A stretch of DNA of 64,000 bases, taken from positions 8,837-72,836 of the forward strand of contig DASYUT010000078.1 in the NCBI GenBank assembly GCA_036000965.1. The letters run 5' to 3'. Below the pieces are notes generated by a model. That model was given only the letters and a program-made list of their open reading frames with translations. It did no database searches and was not told the origin of the DNA. The position numbers and the translations under genes are program-made. Origin of the DNA: Actinomycetes bacterium (GTDB lineage: Bacteria; Actinomycetota; CALGFH01). Shown here piece by piece: positions 63,295 through 64,000 of the stretch (its first letter is position 1; the number at the start of each line of letters is the position of its first letter).

Positions 63295-64000
63295 TCAGCG
63301 GAGGGTGAGGACCAGGAGTGCTCCGAGGCCGGCCGCGCCGACCGTGAGCCAGGTGACCGAGTCGCCCACCTGCCCGCTGTGCAGGCCACGCAGTGCCGAG
63401 GCGACCGGGTGCCAGACGCGCCGGGCGGCCAGGCGCGGGGCGGCGGGAGCGCGCTGCCGGAGCAACACGCCGAGCGCGAGCGCGGACGCGAGCATGACGG
63501 TGAGCGCGGAGAACGCCACGGCCGGGCCGAGGTGGGTGGGTGCGTGGGCGCCCGCAGGGGGCGCGCCGGCGGTGCCGTCGAGCACGGCCGCCGCATAGCC
63601 GGCCCGGTCCTGGAAGCGTTCGGCCGCGCGCTCGGCCCGGGCGGACAGGCCGGGGACCAGCCCCAGGGCCAGCGCGGCCGCGAGCAGGCCGAACGCTGGC
63701 ATCAGCATGACCAGGGGCGTCCTGGGCCGGCGCTCGATGATCTCCTGCCCCCGCTCGGGCCCTGCCACGGCCGCGGTCGGGTCGGGGTCCCCGGCCCCCG
63801 CCGGCGCTCCCCAGCCGGCGAACATCCGCAGGGCGGCGCGCAGGACCGCCGCCGCGGTCAGGGCCGAGGCGGCCACGAACAGCCAGGGCAGCCAGGAGTG
63901 GCCGGCCCGTGCGGCCGCGTCCTCCATGAGCGCCTTGCCGAGGAAGGTGCCGAACGGCGGCATCCCGGCCAGGCCGAGGGCGCCGGCCACCAGCAGCCCG
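63295..64000 (-). CDS. Proton-conducting membrane transporter subunit (Mrp antiporter subunit D / NuoN-like), C-terminal part; gene continues past the window end
   Basis: ..GLAGMPPFGTFLGKALMEDAA.. and multiple TM helices. Open frame to position 64000. Confidence 0.7.
   Translation of the reverse strand, partial: GLLVAGALGLAGMPPFGTFLGKALMEDAAARAGHSWLPWLFVAASALTAAAVLRAALRMFAGWGAPAGAGDPDPTAAVAGPERGQEIIERRPRTPLVMLMPAFGLLAAALALGLVPGLSARAERAAERFQDRAGYAAAVLDGTAGAPPAGAHAPTHLGPAVAFSALTVMLASALALGVLLRQRAPAAPRLAARRVWHPVASALRGLHSGQVGDSVTWLTVGAAGLGALLVLTLR

Noticed and set aside
1-64000. tRNA, rRNA, tmRNA, RNase P or SRP RNA genes
   Set aside because: No cloverleaf-like or consensus segments were recognised by eye, including at the element junction. 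A tRNAscan/Infernal run would be needed to exclude them formally.

Overview
The window has two parts.

(1) Positions 1 to ~19,550 are the right-hand part of a visibly lower-GC integrated phage-like element; its left end lies outside the window. It carries a large serine recombinase at its right edge, an Xis/MerR-type HTH, a primase plus RepA-like P-loop replication protein, a DUF3631-like P-loop protein and an orphan DNA methyltransferase. Its virion module is only fragmentary: a tail-completion-like gene and a TP901-type tape-measure protein with an NlpC/P60 domain. No capsid, portal or large terminase is visible. It contains three ORF-poor, repeat-dense stretches and two long simple-sequence tracts. 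The element sits inside an amidase ORF, of which only the C-terminal half is present (19,561-20,349).

(2) Positions ~19,560 to 64,000 are very high-GC Actinomycetota-type chromosome. Recognisable genes are:
- plsC-like and cdsA-like genes, a PQQ-propeller lipoprotein, YjbQ, ppc and fumC
- a boxC-boxB-benzoate-CoA ligase-CoA transferase AB-paaX operon
- MarP-like protease, CoA-disulfide-reductase-like oxidoreductase, a LURP-one-related protein, DsrE-like and GAF proteins, HxlR and fbiC
- an L,D-transpeptidase, a PHP/PolX-like protein, PfkB kinase, a DUF255 thioredoxin-domain protein and an F420-type LLM oxidoreductase
- a PRTase, an OmpR/histidine-kinase pair with GT2-GtrA and GT39 glycosyltransferases, and a partial Mrp/Nuo-type antiporter subunit

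Notable host oddities:
- a perfect 76-bp inverted repeat built from sigma-factor remnants bracketing 6.5 kb
- a 33-bp x5 repeat that reiterates SD+ATG at the L,D-transpeptidase start
- arrays of direct repeats upstream of the response regulator
- several frameshifted or truncated gene relics

No rRNA, tRNA or CRISPR array was recognised by eye. All family assignments are from motif recall, not database searches.
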